32,000 nucleotides of DNA from Wolbachia endosymbiont of Onchocerca ochengi (GTDB lineage: Bacteria; Pseudomonadota; Alphaproteobacteria; Rickettsiales; Anaplasmataceae), in assembly GCF_000306885.1 (NCBI RefSeq), contig NC_018267.1:390001-422000 (forward strand). Reading direction: 5' to 3'. Below the pieces are notes generated by a model. It was not told the origin of the DNA. It worked only from the letters and a program-made list of their open reading frames with translations, and searched no databases. The stretch's first letter is position 1. Every line of letters begins with the position of its first letter. The translations under genes were made by a program, and so were the position numbers. Positions 1 through 10,146 of this stretch are shown in pieces.

Positions 1-1200
1 GGTACATGGAATATTAATTCTGAAGTAGATGTATTGATGAATCATGTAGATAGTGTTGAAACTATACCACAAGGGTTTACTGTTATTGCATCAGGTGTAA
101 TAAATCAAACAATTGCAATAATTGTCAACGAACAACGTAAGATATATTGTACTCAGTTCCATCCTGAAGTTAAGCCTACGACAAATGGTAGTAAGTTGCT
201 TTCTAATTTCTTGGATATTACGAATTGTAAAAGAGATTGGACGGTGAAATCACTTGTTGAAAAACAGAAGAGGAAAATCAGGAATTTAGTAGGTAATAAG
301 AAAGTAATCGCTGCGGTAAGTGGTGGAGTTGATTCGAGTGTTGCAGCAACTCTCACATATAAAGCTATAGGGAAACAATTGAATTGTATTTTTATTGATA
401 CTGGATTATTACACAGGAGCCAGATTATCACTATGTTGAAAGAAATTCCTGTGAACTATGTTAATAAATCAAGTTTGTTTTTGAATAGATTGAAGGGAAT
501 AATTAATCCAGAGGAAAAGCGAAAAATTATTGGTAGCACTTTTATCGAAGTGTTTGAAGAAAAAGCAAAGGAAATAGGTAATGTAGCCTTTTTGATGCAA
601 GGTACCATCTATTCTGACGTAGTTGAATCAGGACACGCTTCAGGATATGCTAGTACAATTAAATCTCATCATAATGTTGGTGGATTGCCAGAAAAAATGA
701 ATCTAAAGTTGATGGAACCTTTACGCTACCTGTTTAAAGATGAGGTAAGAATGCTTGGAAGAGAAATTGGTCTTTCAGATAAAATATTATTTCAACATCC
801 TTTTCCTGGACCTGGGCTCGCAGTAAGGATTATAGGTGAGGTTAATGAAGAAAAGGTACGAATATTACAAGAAGTGGATGAAATATATATTAATGTAATG
901 AGAAATTATAATTTATATGATCAAATATGGCAGGCTTTTGCTGTACTGTTGCCAATAAGAACTGTAGGTGTCATGGGAGATAGTCGTACGTACGGGTATG
1001 TTTGTGCTTTGAGAGCCGTGACATCTTCTGATGGTATGACAGCTGATGCATTTCCATTTGAAAATAAAAGTCAATATTCATCAATATTTTGGAGTTTTTT
1101 ACAAGATGTCAGCAGCATAATCGTTAACAATGTTTCCGGGGTAAATAGAGTCGTATATGATTTAACTTCTAAACCACCAGCAACTATTGAGTGGGAATAA
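1..1200 (+). CDS. guaA: GMP synthase (glutamine-hydrolysing), 3' part; the reading frame is open from base 1
   Basis: QFHPEV glutaminase motif, [11 protein letters not shown]-pyrophosphatase P-loop, [19 protein letters not shown], and C-terminal KPPATIEWE; the frame [15 protein letters not shown] is open upstream of the listed ATG. Confidence 0.97.
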   Translation, partial: GTWNINSEVDVLMNHVDSVETIPQGFTVIASGVINQTIAIIVNEQRKIYCTQFHPEVKPTTNGSKLLSNFLDITNCKRDWTVKSLVEKQKRKIRNLVGNKKVIAAVSGGVDSSVAATLTYKAIGKQLNCIFIDTGLLHRSQIITMLKEIPVNYVNKSSLFLNRLKGIINPEEKRKIIGSTFIEVFEEKAKEIGNVAFLMQGTIYSDVVESGHASGYASTIKSHHNVGGLPEKMNLKLMEPLRYLFKDEVRMLGREIGLSDKILFQHPFPGPGLAVRIIGEVNEEKVRILQEVDEIYINVMRNYNLYDQIWQAFAVLLPIRTVGVMGDSRTYGYVCALRAVTSSDGMTADAFPFENKSQYSSIFWSFLQDVSSIIVNNVSGVNRVVYDLTSKPPATIEWE

Positions 1201-1203
1201 AAT

Positions 1204-1926
1204 CTAAAGTTGTTTTTTCTCTTTTTCATACAGCATACTTTTTTTTATATTGTTTGTAGCTTCTACAAGCAATGCAAATATCAATGAAGAGTATAAGTAT
1301 CCTTTTGGTAATTCTATATTAATCCCTTCAAGGGTTAGGTATACACCAACAAGTAAAATAAATAAGATGGCAATTGTTTTTAGTCTTGTACTAGATTTAA
1401 TTAACTGAACAGTGTAACTCGATAAGAATATCATTACTAATATAGAAAATGTACACGCTATAGCAATTATAGCCGCGTTGTGAGTTAATACTATAGCAGT
1501 TAATAAAGAGTCAACTGAGAAGATTAAGTCTATTAATGTGATTTGTAATATAACTAAAAATGGTTGTGATTTAATATCTATTTTTTTTTCAGATTGCTTG
1601 CATAAAAAAATGTCATTCTGTAACTCTATGACACTTTTAATGATGAGAAATAATCCTCCTGTTATCATAAGTAAATCTTTTACTGAAATGTTTAGCGATG
1701 CAGGATGAAATATAGGTTTTTGCATTGATAATATGTATGATGTAAAAAACAGTGTTATAAGACGCATTAACAGTGCTAGTCCAAGACCTGCAAGGCGTAT
1801 TCTTTCTTTTAGTGTATTTGGTATCTTATCTAGAGATAAAGAAATAAAGATCAAATTATCTATGTTAAGTATAATTTCAAGTAATGTAAGCATTAGTAAA
1901 GTTTGAGCTTCAGCTAACATTTTCAT
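1204..1926 (-). CDS. TerC-family integral membrane protein
   Basis: EIILNIDNLIFISL and LIDLIFSVDSLLTA repeats typical of TerC-family membrane proteins, with multiple transmembrane segments. Confidence 0.85.
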   Translation of the reverse strand: MKMLAEAQTLLMLTLLEIILNIDNLIFISLSLDKIPNTLKERIRLAGLGLALLMRLITLFFTSYILSMQKPIFHPASLNISVKDLLMITGGLFLIIKSVIELQNDIFLCKQSEKKIDIKSQPFLVILQITLIDLIFSVDSLLTAIVLTHNAAIIAIACTFSILVMIFLSSYTVQLIKSSTRLKTIAILFILLVGVYLTLEGINIELPKGYLYSSLIFALLVEATNNIKKSMLYEKEKKQL

Positions 1927-2188
1927 TTCAGATTCAGCTATTCTATTCTACAGTAGATATGTAAAAATTAAGTAACTTCTACTTGGACGAAAGTGCAGGT
2001 CAAGTTTCTCTGCACTATACCATTGTGGCCTTAGTTGCTAGTATGTTGTAGTGGACTAACAATTTATTAGTAAATTTGAATTTTCTTTCTATAGCCTAAA
2101 ATCAGATCATTATTAATATGTAAATTCATATCGGTTATTATTTATTATTTTCTTTTCTTAAGAAGTTACTTGAATTATACTGCAAATC

Positions 2189-2713
2189 ATGAATCTTAAG
2201 CAAAAAATTAAGTTTTTTTCTCTATCATTTATAATTTTGTTTTCTTTATGGACTATGTTATCCGGTAATTTTGAGACGTTTTTTGTTCTTTGTGGGGTAT
2301 TTTCTTCTGTGTTCACATTATTTATCTTTAAACGATTGATAAATGCTGAAAGTGCTTTCAGTCAGATCTTAAATGGTGCAAGTAAATTATCGTTTTATAA
2401 GTTACTAGTAAATTATATGCCGTGGTTAACATATCAGATTATTTTATCAAGCATTTATGTAACAAAGAAGGTTTTACAAACTAAACTTAAACTCAAGCCA
2501 ATAATCATTGTAAAGAAATGCGAAGGACATAACAATAAAAGTATTGCATTATTTGCAAATTCAGTCACGATCACTCCTGGTACTTTGACTATCGATGTTG
2601 CAAGAAAACAGCAAATATATCTTTCTACTGTATGTTTGATGGATGAAAGCTTTAAGAGTGGCGTTTATAAAATAGAGAACGAAGTTTTAAGGCTACTACA
2701 TTTAATTAAGTAA
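2189..2713 (+). CDS. Na+/H+ antiporter subunit E (MnhE/MrpE-like)
   Basis: Membrane N-terminus followed by ANSVTITPGTLTIDV, the characteristic MrpE region. Confidence 0.85.
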   Translation: MNLKQKIKFFSLSFIILFSLWTMLSGNFETFFVLCGVFSSVFTLFIFKRLINAESAFSQILNGASKLSFYKLLVNYMPWLTYQIILSSIYVTKKVLQTKLKLKPIIIVKKCEGHNNKSIALFANSVTITPGTLTIDVARKQQIYLSTVCLMDESFKSGVYKIENEVLRLLHLIK

Positions 2714-3439
2714 TTGCTTTAAATAAATTAGTAGCATTATCATATTCTCTTACTGGGCTTTCAAACATTTCTTTTGGAAGGCTATTACCAACAATAAAGG
2801 GTAATGATTATATAAATTTTCTAATCTTAATATGTTATTTTTTTCTCATTGTTGAATTTTTATGGAAAAATATTTTCCATAATTTCAATAGTAATAGCTT
2901 TATCTAAGAAAACATTTTTACTTGTTATATTTACTCTTATCAAGATAGTATTCTTTATTTGTATAAAGGTTAGACAATCGAGCTATTCATGTATAAGGTT
3001 GCTGCTTTTGACAAGCAGTTATCAGCATATTTACAATTTTTTATTATTTTCCACTGAGTAACCTGAAGTTTACTTATTTTTATGTTATGCGATAATTTAC
3101 TCATTCGGTTTTCTCTATTTGTATTTGGCCTAGTAATTAGATTATACTAGTACTTTTTTAAATAAATGATAATGTGATTACAAATGCTACCTAGCTGTGT
3201 TGTTGGTATATTTATATACAAATGGTTTAATATTAATTAGCATTATAGCTAATTTTAGTTATGTATATGATGCTTTATACTGTTCAGCAAAGCATAAAAC
3301 ATAAAGTGAGAAGTTTTTCCATCTATAACAGAGAAAATTTGTTAATATAATGTTGTTCTATTCTTTATAAAATAGGTTTTCTATCGTTAGCTATTTTATT
3401 AATATTGACTTTCACATAAGTTCTAAATTAATTATATCA

Positions 3440-4006
3440 GTGGAAAAGATAAAACTCGGAGTACTGATTTCAGGTAGGGGATCAAATATGCAGGCCCTAA
3501 TAAAGGCAGGCCAAGATTGCAGTTTTCCTGCAGAAGTTGTATGTGTTATTACAAATAACAATAAGGCAGCTGGCTTGAAAATAGCAAAGCAAGCAGGTAT
3601 CTCAGCATTTATTGTTGAGAATAACCCACTTGATGCTGATAGAATTCACGAAATACTTGTTCAACATAAAGTTCATTTAATTTGCCTCGCAGGGTTTATG
3701 AGGATTTTAAAAGCTGACTTTCTGACTAAATGGCATAATAAAGTTATAAATATTCATCCTTCTTTACTTCCATCTTTTAAGGGTTTAAGTGCTCAAGAGC
3801 AAGCTTTAAAGGCAGGTGTCAAAATTACAGGTTGTACCGTGCATTACGTTACTCCTGAGGTTGATGCTGGAAGCATAATCGCTCAAACTGCTGTGCCAGT
3901 GTTACCAAATGATAATATTCAAAGCCTTTCAGAACGCATTCTTGCTGAAGAGCATAAGTGTTACGTGGAAGCAATAAGGTTGATAGCAGAAAATATTAAT
4001 CATTAA
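3440..4006 (+). CDS. purN: Phosphoribosylglycinamide formyltransferase
   Basis: LGVLISGRGSNMQAL, LAGFMRIL, INIHPSLLPSFKG, GCTVHYVTPEVDAG. Confidence 0.97.
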   Translation: MEKIKLGVLISGRGSNMQALIKAGQDCSFPAEVVCVITNNNKAAGLKIAKQAGISAFIVENNPLDADRIHEILVQHKVHLICLAGFMRILKADFLTKWHNKVINIHPSLLPSFKGLSAQEQALKAGVKITGCTVHYVTPEVDAGSIIAQTAVPVLPNDNIQSLSERILAEEHKCYVEAIRLIAENINH

Positions 4007-4008
4007 CC

Positions 4009-5322
4009 TTAGGTACTTCTTCCAACTTTAACAAAAAACAAATTTTCAGGATCCAGTAAAGAGTTTGCTAATTTGTTTACTTCTTCTAATTTAACGTTAT
4101 TAATGATGTTTGCATAATTATTTATGCGATTAATATCATGATCATTTATTTGTGTGTCATTAAGCAACATTGCTATGTTTGTATTATTGAATAGGAAAAA
4201 GGTAAGATTATTTATTAATCTGATTTTTACATCCTTGAACAATTGCTTATCAATTCCTTCCTTTTTTATCCTGCTCAATATATCTTTCACTGCTGATATA
4301 GCTTTGCTAGCAGTGGAGCTATCAGTGCTTATAAATCCAATTATAGCGTTTCCATGTTTATTGGAAATAATACTCATATTAGCACTGTAAGTAATACCCA
4401 AATTTTGCCTTAACTCTTTCATCATTATTGAATTTAGCTCCATGCCGCCAAGAGCATTAATTAAGACAATAGCGTTATAATAATTGGGGTCTTCATAAGT
4501 TATACCTTTCTGAGCAAAAAGTATTATACTTTGTGGTATATCCATAAAAATGCTCTCGCTTTCTGCAGGGCCGAAATCATTTTTTACAGGTATTTTTTTA
4601 ATTATCGATCTTTTAGGTGGTAGCTTGAATAAATATTTATCCAGTAGTGCACTAATTTCTTCTTTTGTTGCACAACCAGCAACACTGATAACTATGTTAT
4701 CTTTAGTAAAATTACGCTTTATGTATGTTAGAATATCTTCTTTAGTAATGCTCATTATAGTGTTAAAAGTTCCATATTCACTTTTTGAATAAGGGTGCTT
4801 TTTAAACAAAAGCATGTCTAATTTCTTGGTAGCAACAAAGTGAGGTTTTTTTTCAAGATTATTAAAATTAACTTTAGCTTTTTCAAAAATTCTATTTAAC
4901 CCTTCAGGGTCAATTTTAGGACGCATTATAGCGTCGCTTAGTAGCGAAATTGTGTCTTCTAAGTTGCTAGATAAAGTGTTTAATGAAACTTTAAATGCTT
5001 CTAGGCTGGTGCTGAAGCTTAGATTTATTCCTTTATCTTCAAGCTTTTTTGCAAAACCTTTGGAATCATTTTTTCCTGCTCCTTCTTGAATTACAAGAGA
5101 AGTAAGCCAAGTGAGTCCCTGTTTTTCTTTGTTCTCATACGCATAACCTGCATTCTTGAACGATATATTCAGTGAAACCTTCGGTATATCACAATTTTTA
5201 ACAAATAAAAACTTAAATCCTTTACGGGTAGTGACCTCTTCTATATTTATTAGGTTACTACTTGCTTGTAAGTTAAAGCCTAGACAGAAAAAAAGTAGAA
5301 ATACAAGTTTACTTATTTTCAT
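4009..5322 (-). CDS. M16-family (insulinase-like) peptidase homolog without the HxxEH zinc motif
   Basis: M16 fold features (LNISFKNAGYAYENKEKQGLTWLTSLVIQEG..., RQNLGITYS); no HxxEH at the expected N-terminal position. Confidence 0.85.
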   Translation of the reverse strand: MKISKLVFLLFFCLGFNLQASSNLINIEEVTTRKGFKFLFVKNCDIPKVSLNISFKNAGYAYENKEKQGLTWLTSLVIQEGAGKNDSKGFAKKLEDKGINLSFSTSLEAFKVSLNTLSSNLEDTISLLSDAIMRPKIDPEGLNRIFEKAKVNFNNLEKKPHFVATKKLDMLLFKKHPYSKSEYGTFNTIMSITKEDILTYIKRNFTKDNIVISVAGCATKEEISALLDKYLFKLPPKRSIIKKIPVKNDFGPAESESIFMDIPQSIILFAQKGITYEDPNYYNAIVLINALGGMELNSIMMKELRQNLGITYSANMSIISNKHGNAIIGFISTDSSTASKAISAVKDILSRIKKEGIDKQLFKDVKIRLINNLTFFLFNNTNIAMLLNDTQINDHDINRINNYANIINNVKLEEVNKLANSLLDPENLFFVKVGRST

Positions 5323-6649
5323 TATAACCTCCTTTTGGTAGCAAACGACCGATTAACTTATCAGTAGAAAAGATAGTACGGATTTTACTATTTACAGTAT
5401 CTAAATCAATGTTGTTAATCTTGCTGTATGAAATGTCTATTTCATTAAGTGGAATACCAAGTGCTAAATATGGTATATAAAATATTGCTGTATTAGTTAA
5501 GTCAGATAGCTTATCAAATTGTGCTGATTTATATTTTGACTTTGCACTTTTCAACTCTCTACTTGTTATTCCTTCAGAGATAAAATTGTTGATGGCATTA
5601 TCTAGCTCTCTTTCAATAACGTCCAACTTTATTCCGCTTTTTGGAATTATTTCGATATCAATATAGCCATCACTGAAAGCTAAACCATTATAGTGGGCAT
5701 TTGTTGAAACTGCGATACCTTTATCTAAAACTAAATTTTCATATAGCTTACTAGACTTGCCACCTCCTAAAATATCAACTGCTAAATCAACAACAAAGAT
5801 TTCATCTATGCGCTTAAATAAAGGAACACGGTAGCGAAAGTATAAAACAGGTTCTTTTACTTCAGTACTTTCTAAAGTTACCAACAGATCTGCATTATGT
5901 GTTGGATCTTGATTTGGGTAATATCTAATTACAGGCTTAGCTTCAATTCTCCCATATTTCTCTTCTGCTAATCTTACTACTTCATCGAACTCTACATCTC
6001 CAACAATCATTAGTATTGCATTGTTTGGGTGATAATAGTTGTTATGAAACCTTATTATATCATCTTGATTGTAAGTTTTGATATCACTCTCCCATCCAAT
6101 AACGGATCTTCCGTAGCCAGTACGGTAAAATGCATTGTTCATTTCTTCCCACAATAAATTGTTAGGATGATTATCGAATCTCATCTTTCTTTCTTCTAAT
6201 ACAATGTTTTTTTCTATATCTATTTTATCTTGAGTAATGTTAAAGTTGCTCATTCTGTCTGCTTCAACTTCCATTACTAATGGTAAGTCTTTTTTGAGAG
6301 CTAGTTCGTAGTAACAGGTATATTCCCTAGTGGTAAACGCATTAAATTGCGCTCCAATGCTACTCATGGTTGATTCTATATCTTTAAATTTTCCCGTAGT
6401 TTTAAACATTAAATGTTCAAAATAGTGAGCCAATCCTGCTTTGCCAATTGGATCATCCATTCCTCCAACTTTATATATTACTGCGTGTAAAACAGCTGGA
6501 ATTCGATGATTAGGTACGACATAGATATCCAGTTTATTGCTAAGTTTAGCATATTTTATGTTGTATTCTGCACTTATGGCTTTCAAGGGAATTGAGTAGA
6601 TAAAAAAAAGCATGGATAATATAAAGAAACTAAAAAACTTGTAAAGCAT
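5309..6649 (-). CDS. M16-family zinc peptidase, catalytic-type
   Basis: HYFEHLMFKTTG (HxxEH) and downstream E residues in EVEADRMSN; 14-bp overlap with the neighbouring M16 homolog. Confidence 0.93.
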   Translation of the reverse strand: MLYKFFSFFILSMLFFIYSIPLKAISAEYNIKYAKLSNKLDIYVVPNHRIPAVLHAVIYKVGGMDDPIGKAGLAHYFEHLMFKTTGKFKDIESTMSSIGAQFNAFTTREYTCYYELALKKDLPLVMEVEADRMSNFNITQDKIDIEKNIVLEERKMRFDNHPNNLLWEEMNNAFYRTGYGRSVIGWESDIKTYNQDDIIRFHNNYYHPNNAILMIVGDVEFDEVVRLAEEKYGRIEAKPVIRYYPNQDPTHNADLLVTLESTEVKEPVLYFRYRVPLFKRIDEIFVVDLAVDILGGGKSSKLYENLVLDKGIAVSTNAHYNGLAFSDGYIDIEIIPKSGIKLDVIERELDNAINNFISEGITSRELKSAKSKYKSAQFDKLSDLTNTAIFYIPYLALGIPLNEIDISYSKINNIDLDTVNSKIRTIFSTDKLIGRLLPKGGYNENK

Positions 6650-6701
6650 TGCTCTAACCTAATATAATTTAACTTTTAAGACTATGACCTTATTCCTCGC
6701 T

Positions 6702-7166
6702 CTATTTTGAAATGAATCTGTTGTGTATGTACCACTTATATAACAATATAAATGTTCCACAGGCTATATATATATCTGCTAAATTAAAGGCTGGCCAGTA
6801 CCAATTGCCAATATGAAAATATATAAAATCGTATACAGCTCCCCAGTAGATTCTGTCAGCTACATTTCCAATTGCCCCACCGACCATAAGGGAGAAACTA
6901 AAATAAGTTAGTTTATCATTAGATTTGTGTATTAAATATATGAGTATGCTAATTATTAGTATTGAAGATATTGAAAAAAAAAAGTCACTATAAGGTAAAG
7001 TGCTGAACATTCCAAAACTAATTCCTGTATTCCATACTTTAACTAATTTTATGAAGCTAGAAACTTCGATTGACTTTCCTTCATCAATTAATGAATTTAT
7101 GTATAATTTGCTCATCTGATCAGATGATGCCATAATTAGTATGGCAATTAAACATAATTTTTTCAT
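6702..7166 (-). CDS. lspA: Lipoprotein signal peptidase (signal peptidase II)
   Basis: DQMSKLYI, NTGISFG, GGAIGNVADRIYWGAVYDFI and FNLADIYI motifs; four membrane segments. Confidence 0.95.
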   Translation of the reverse strand: MKKLCLIAILIMASSDQMSKLYINSLIDEGKSIEVSSFIKLVKVWNTGISFGMFSTLPYSDFFFSISSILIISILIYLIHKSNDKLTYFSFSLMVGGAIGNVADRIYWGAVYDFIYFHIGNWYWPAFNLADIYIACGTFILLYKWYIHNRFISK

Positions 7167-8096
7167 AAGTTTGCCATTAATTGATAAGCTTTAAGTATAT
7201 CGTGATTTATTTGTTTTGTTAATTCATCAATACTATGAAATCTTTTTTCTGATCTGATAAATTTAAAAAGTTGTATATTAACGTTACAACCATATACATC
7301 TCTATTAAAATCGAATATATGCATTTCTACTATAGGCTTTTTCAAGTCCTTGAACGTAGGTCTCATACCAATATTAACTACTCCATATAGCCAATTTGGA
7401 TTGATATCAGAAAATGCTGCTTTAGCACAATATGTACCAAACTTGGGTTTTATCATGCAATCTTCTATCGTAATGTTTATAGTTGGGAATCCTATTTTCC
7501 TACCTCTACATGCACCTTTTGTTACAATACCAGAAACTTGGTAAGGCCTACCAAGTAACTTATTAGCAGTTTCTATTTCACCTTTTTGTATGTGTTCTCT
7601 GATTAGAGAAGAGGAACAAACTTTTTCATTAATCATCAATGGTTCCAATTTAGCTAAAGAGTATCCATATATTTCAGAACGTTTTTTTTAAATTAATGTG
7701 TTACCCAATCGTTTATAACCGAAAGTGCAACTTTCTCCAACAATTATGTATTCTGCGCCATATCTATTTATTAAAATCTTGCTAATGAAATCATTAAAGC
7801 TTACTTGAGCAAAACCTTCATTAAAATTAATACTATATAAGTAATCTATGCCGTAGTTGCTGATTAGCTCTTTTTTCTGTTTTTGGCTTATTAAGCTGAA
7901 ATTATTTCTGTTAAATAAAATAGTTGATGGGTGAGGCTCAAAAGTTAGAATTACAGAGGATAATTTTCTTTCCTGAGCTATTTTCTTTAAAGAAGAAATT
8001 GCAAATTCATATCCTAAATGCACGCCATCAAAATTTCCGAAAGTTTAATGCTACGCTACTTTTTATCCCTTGTTTGCAGTCATAAACAACTTTTAT
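7163..8096 (-). pseudogene. ribF: Disrupted bifunctional riboflavin kinase/FAD synthetase
   Basis: Hand translation gives KVVYDCKQGIKSSVAL / +1-nt shift at about 8044-8046 / TFGNFDGVHLGYEF...CTFGYKRLGNTLI, TAA stop (7688-7690), KKRSEIYGYSLAKLEPLMINEKVCSSSLIREHI...GRKIGFPTINI. The track shows only two fragments (7688-8023 and 7163-7648) in the same frame. Confidence 0.85.
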
Positions 8097-8163
8097 ATAA
8101 CTTGATATTTTATAAATATTTCTATATATAATAGGTATATTTTATAAACTACCGAGGTAAATC

Positions 8164-8535
8164 GTGAAAAATACTAAAGAAAAGGTTGTAATATACGTAA
8201 GGCAGTATTGTCCATTCTGCAAAGAAGCAAAAGAGCTGCTAGACAAAAAAGGGGTGGAGTATAAAGAAATCGATGTGATTGAAAACTCAGATTTGTTTGA
8301 TGATATAAAATTGAAATATAATGTTAGAACAGTTCCACAAATCTTTGTTAATGATGATAATGGCAATTATATGTACCATATTGCTGGTTGTGATAAATTG
8401 ATAAATCTTGACAGAGAAGGAAAGTTGGATTATATATTAAACAATAATAAGGATTATATTGGTGTTACTGCCTATACAGATAGCAATTGTGAATGTGAAG
8501 AATATATTATACCACCAGATGATAATTTTATGTAG
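8164..8535 (+). CDS. Glutaredoxin (CPFC-type) with a C-terminal extension
   Basis: VVIYVRQYCPFCKEAKELLDKKGVEYKEIDV, TVPQIFVND, GC motif near LYRE-like region. Confidence 0.93.
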   Translation: MKNTKEKVVIYVRQYCPFCKEAKELLDKKGVEYKEIDVIENSDLFDDIKLKYNVRTVPQIFVNDDNGNYMYHIAGCDKLINLDREGKLDYILNNNKDYIGVTAYTDSNCECEEYIIPPDDNFM

Positions 8536-8653
8536 TTTCTTATCTCGTTTTCATTGTTTTTCAATTTATAAGTGAAAAATTAGTATACTTGCTTAAGTAA
8601 TTTTTAATCCATTAAAAATACAATTCACTTGGTAAGTTTTTTAGTGGGTAGAA

Positions 8654-9526
8654 ATGACAAGGAATATTTTAATTGTTGATAAGAATTTGATTAGTGTTGA
8701 ACTAGTTAATAAACAAGATTTAGAAAATTTCATTAAGATTTTCACAGTGCTTAATAAACACGTAGCAGCAAAAACTCTTTTTACAGAAGAAGTGAGAATA
8801 GAGTATGAACAACATGACAACATAGAGGTTGTTAATTTGCTAAAGAGTTCAGGTTTTATATATCATGACGTTGAAAATATATTACTTCACTTGAATAGAC
8901 ATGGGATGGAGATACCAAGCGACGTTGTAGCATGCACTCTCTTTTCTGCATATAATAGTAAACTTGAAGCTAAGGATGTGGTATTTTCCCTTTTTGATGG
9001 TTCTCCACAATTTAATATTAGAGTAAATAAAAACGTTTTCATAATAACTCCTATGAATGAAGAGAATTTAGAGTTAGATTCGCAAAATAGTAGAATGTTT
9101 ATAGAGTTATTAAAGCGTGGGGAAAGTATGTATGATTGTGTAGTGAAGGAGAATACTATTAATATAGTAGTATATTTTGGAGTATATCAGGTTATAAATT
9201 CAATTGTAAAATTACTAATAAAATCTTGTTTTTTAGCACAAGAGGAAGAAGTGAAATTCAAAAAGAGATTAGAACAACTTGCTTTTAAAGATCAAGTGTT
9301 TGGTGAGTACTCCAGCATTAAGACTATAAATAGATATCCACACAACCATCCTTTGAAAAAGTATGAAAATATTACTAAAGGTATAGAAAAGATTTTATCT
9401 AGTTTTGTAATAAATGAGAACAGTGAATTTACTATAGAGCAACTAAATAAGCTAAGCTTAGAGGTTTCTCCTGATACTCCAAGAATTATTACTAAAACTA
9501 TAGATAAGCTTGTTAAATTTCACTAG
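8654..9526 (+). CDS. Conserved-type hypothetical protein, function unknown
   Basis: Single uninterrupted 290-aa ORF, no recognisable motif. Confidence 0.6.
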   Translation: MTRNILIVDKNLISVELVNKQDLENFIKIFTVLNKHVAAKTLFTEEVRIEYEQHDNIEVVNLLKSSGFIYHDVENILLHLNRHGMEIPSDVVACTLFSAYNSKLEAKDVVFSLFDGSPQFNIRVNKNVFIITPMNEENLELDSQNSRMFIELLKRGESMYDCVVKENTINIVVYFGVYQVINSIVKLLIKSCFLAQEEEVKFKKRLEQLAFKDQVFGEYSSIKTINRYPHNHPLKKYENITKGIEKILSSFVINENSEFTIEQLNKLSLEVSPDTPRIITKTIDKLVKFH

Positions 9527-9576
9527 GGTATTTTACATGTTATTTCCGTGGCTAAACTATAGAAATAATGCTAAAG

Positions 9577-10086
9577 TTAAAAAACCTTGAATCGCCAAAA
9601 TTTCTCTTTGCCTTTACTAATTCCAATTCTTGGAGTGCAGACGTAATCTGGCTTGAGATGGGATTCGTAAACACAAAATTCATGGCTTATAGTAAGATCT
9701 CGTTTATTATATTCTTTTGTAATATTCAGTCTTTTGCATAGTATTCCTGGCCCATTTAGATTTACTTCGAGCGGTTTAATAAGCTTCAACCCTCGTATTA
9801 ATACTGCAGCTGGAAATCCTTCTGTTTCTGTTACGATATTTAAACAGTGATACATTCCATATATAAAATACACGTATGAAAATCCAGGCATGCCAAACAT
9901 TACTGAAGTTCGGTTAGTATAGCCTTGTGCTGCGTGACAAGCTGGATCGTCTGTTCCTATATAGGCTTCAACCTCAGTTATTATCCCACTAAAGCTGGAA
10001 AACTTTAATGTTTTTCCTAACAACTTTCCGGCTACAATCAAAGTTGGCTGTTTATAGAAATTTCTTGGTAGTATTATATTATTCAT
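9577..10086 (-). CDS. 3-methyladenine DNA glycosylase (AAG/Mpg family)
   Basis: [60 protein letters not shown], and GPGILCKRL. Confidence 0.95.
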   Translation of the reverse strand: MNNIILPRNFYKQPTLIVAGKLLGKTLKFSSFSGIITEVEAYIGTDDPACHAAQGYTNRTSVMFGMPGFSYVYFIYGMYHCLNIVTETEGFPAAVLIRGLKLIKPLEVNLNGPGILCKRLNITKEYNKRDLTISHEFCVYESHLKPDYVCTPRIGISKGKEKFWRFKVF

Positions 10087-10146
10087 TATAACATTATAAG
10101 TTACTTGTATTTACAAGTAACTTATAATGTTTTTGTTTTTCCCTAT

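Noticed and set aside
153-431. Minus-strand ORF inside guaA
   Set aside because: Antisense shadow of a strongly supported coding gene with no recognisable protein features.
2849-3061. 70-aa hydrophobic ORF after the antiporter subunit gene
   Set aside because: No convincing match to MrpF or MrpG features; could be chance in AT-rich DNA, so not called as CDS.
3270-3295. Small inverted repeat ATGCTTT...AAAGCAT as a regulatory hairpin or terminator
   Set aside because: Only a 7-bp AT-rich stem with a 12-nt loop and no U tract; expected by chance.
4154-5341. Plus-strand ORFs at 4154-4390, 4550-4792 and 5156-5341
   Set aside because: All antisense to the M16 homolog, with no motif of their own.
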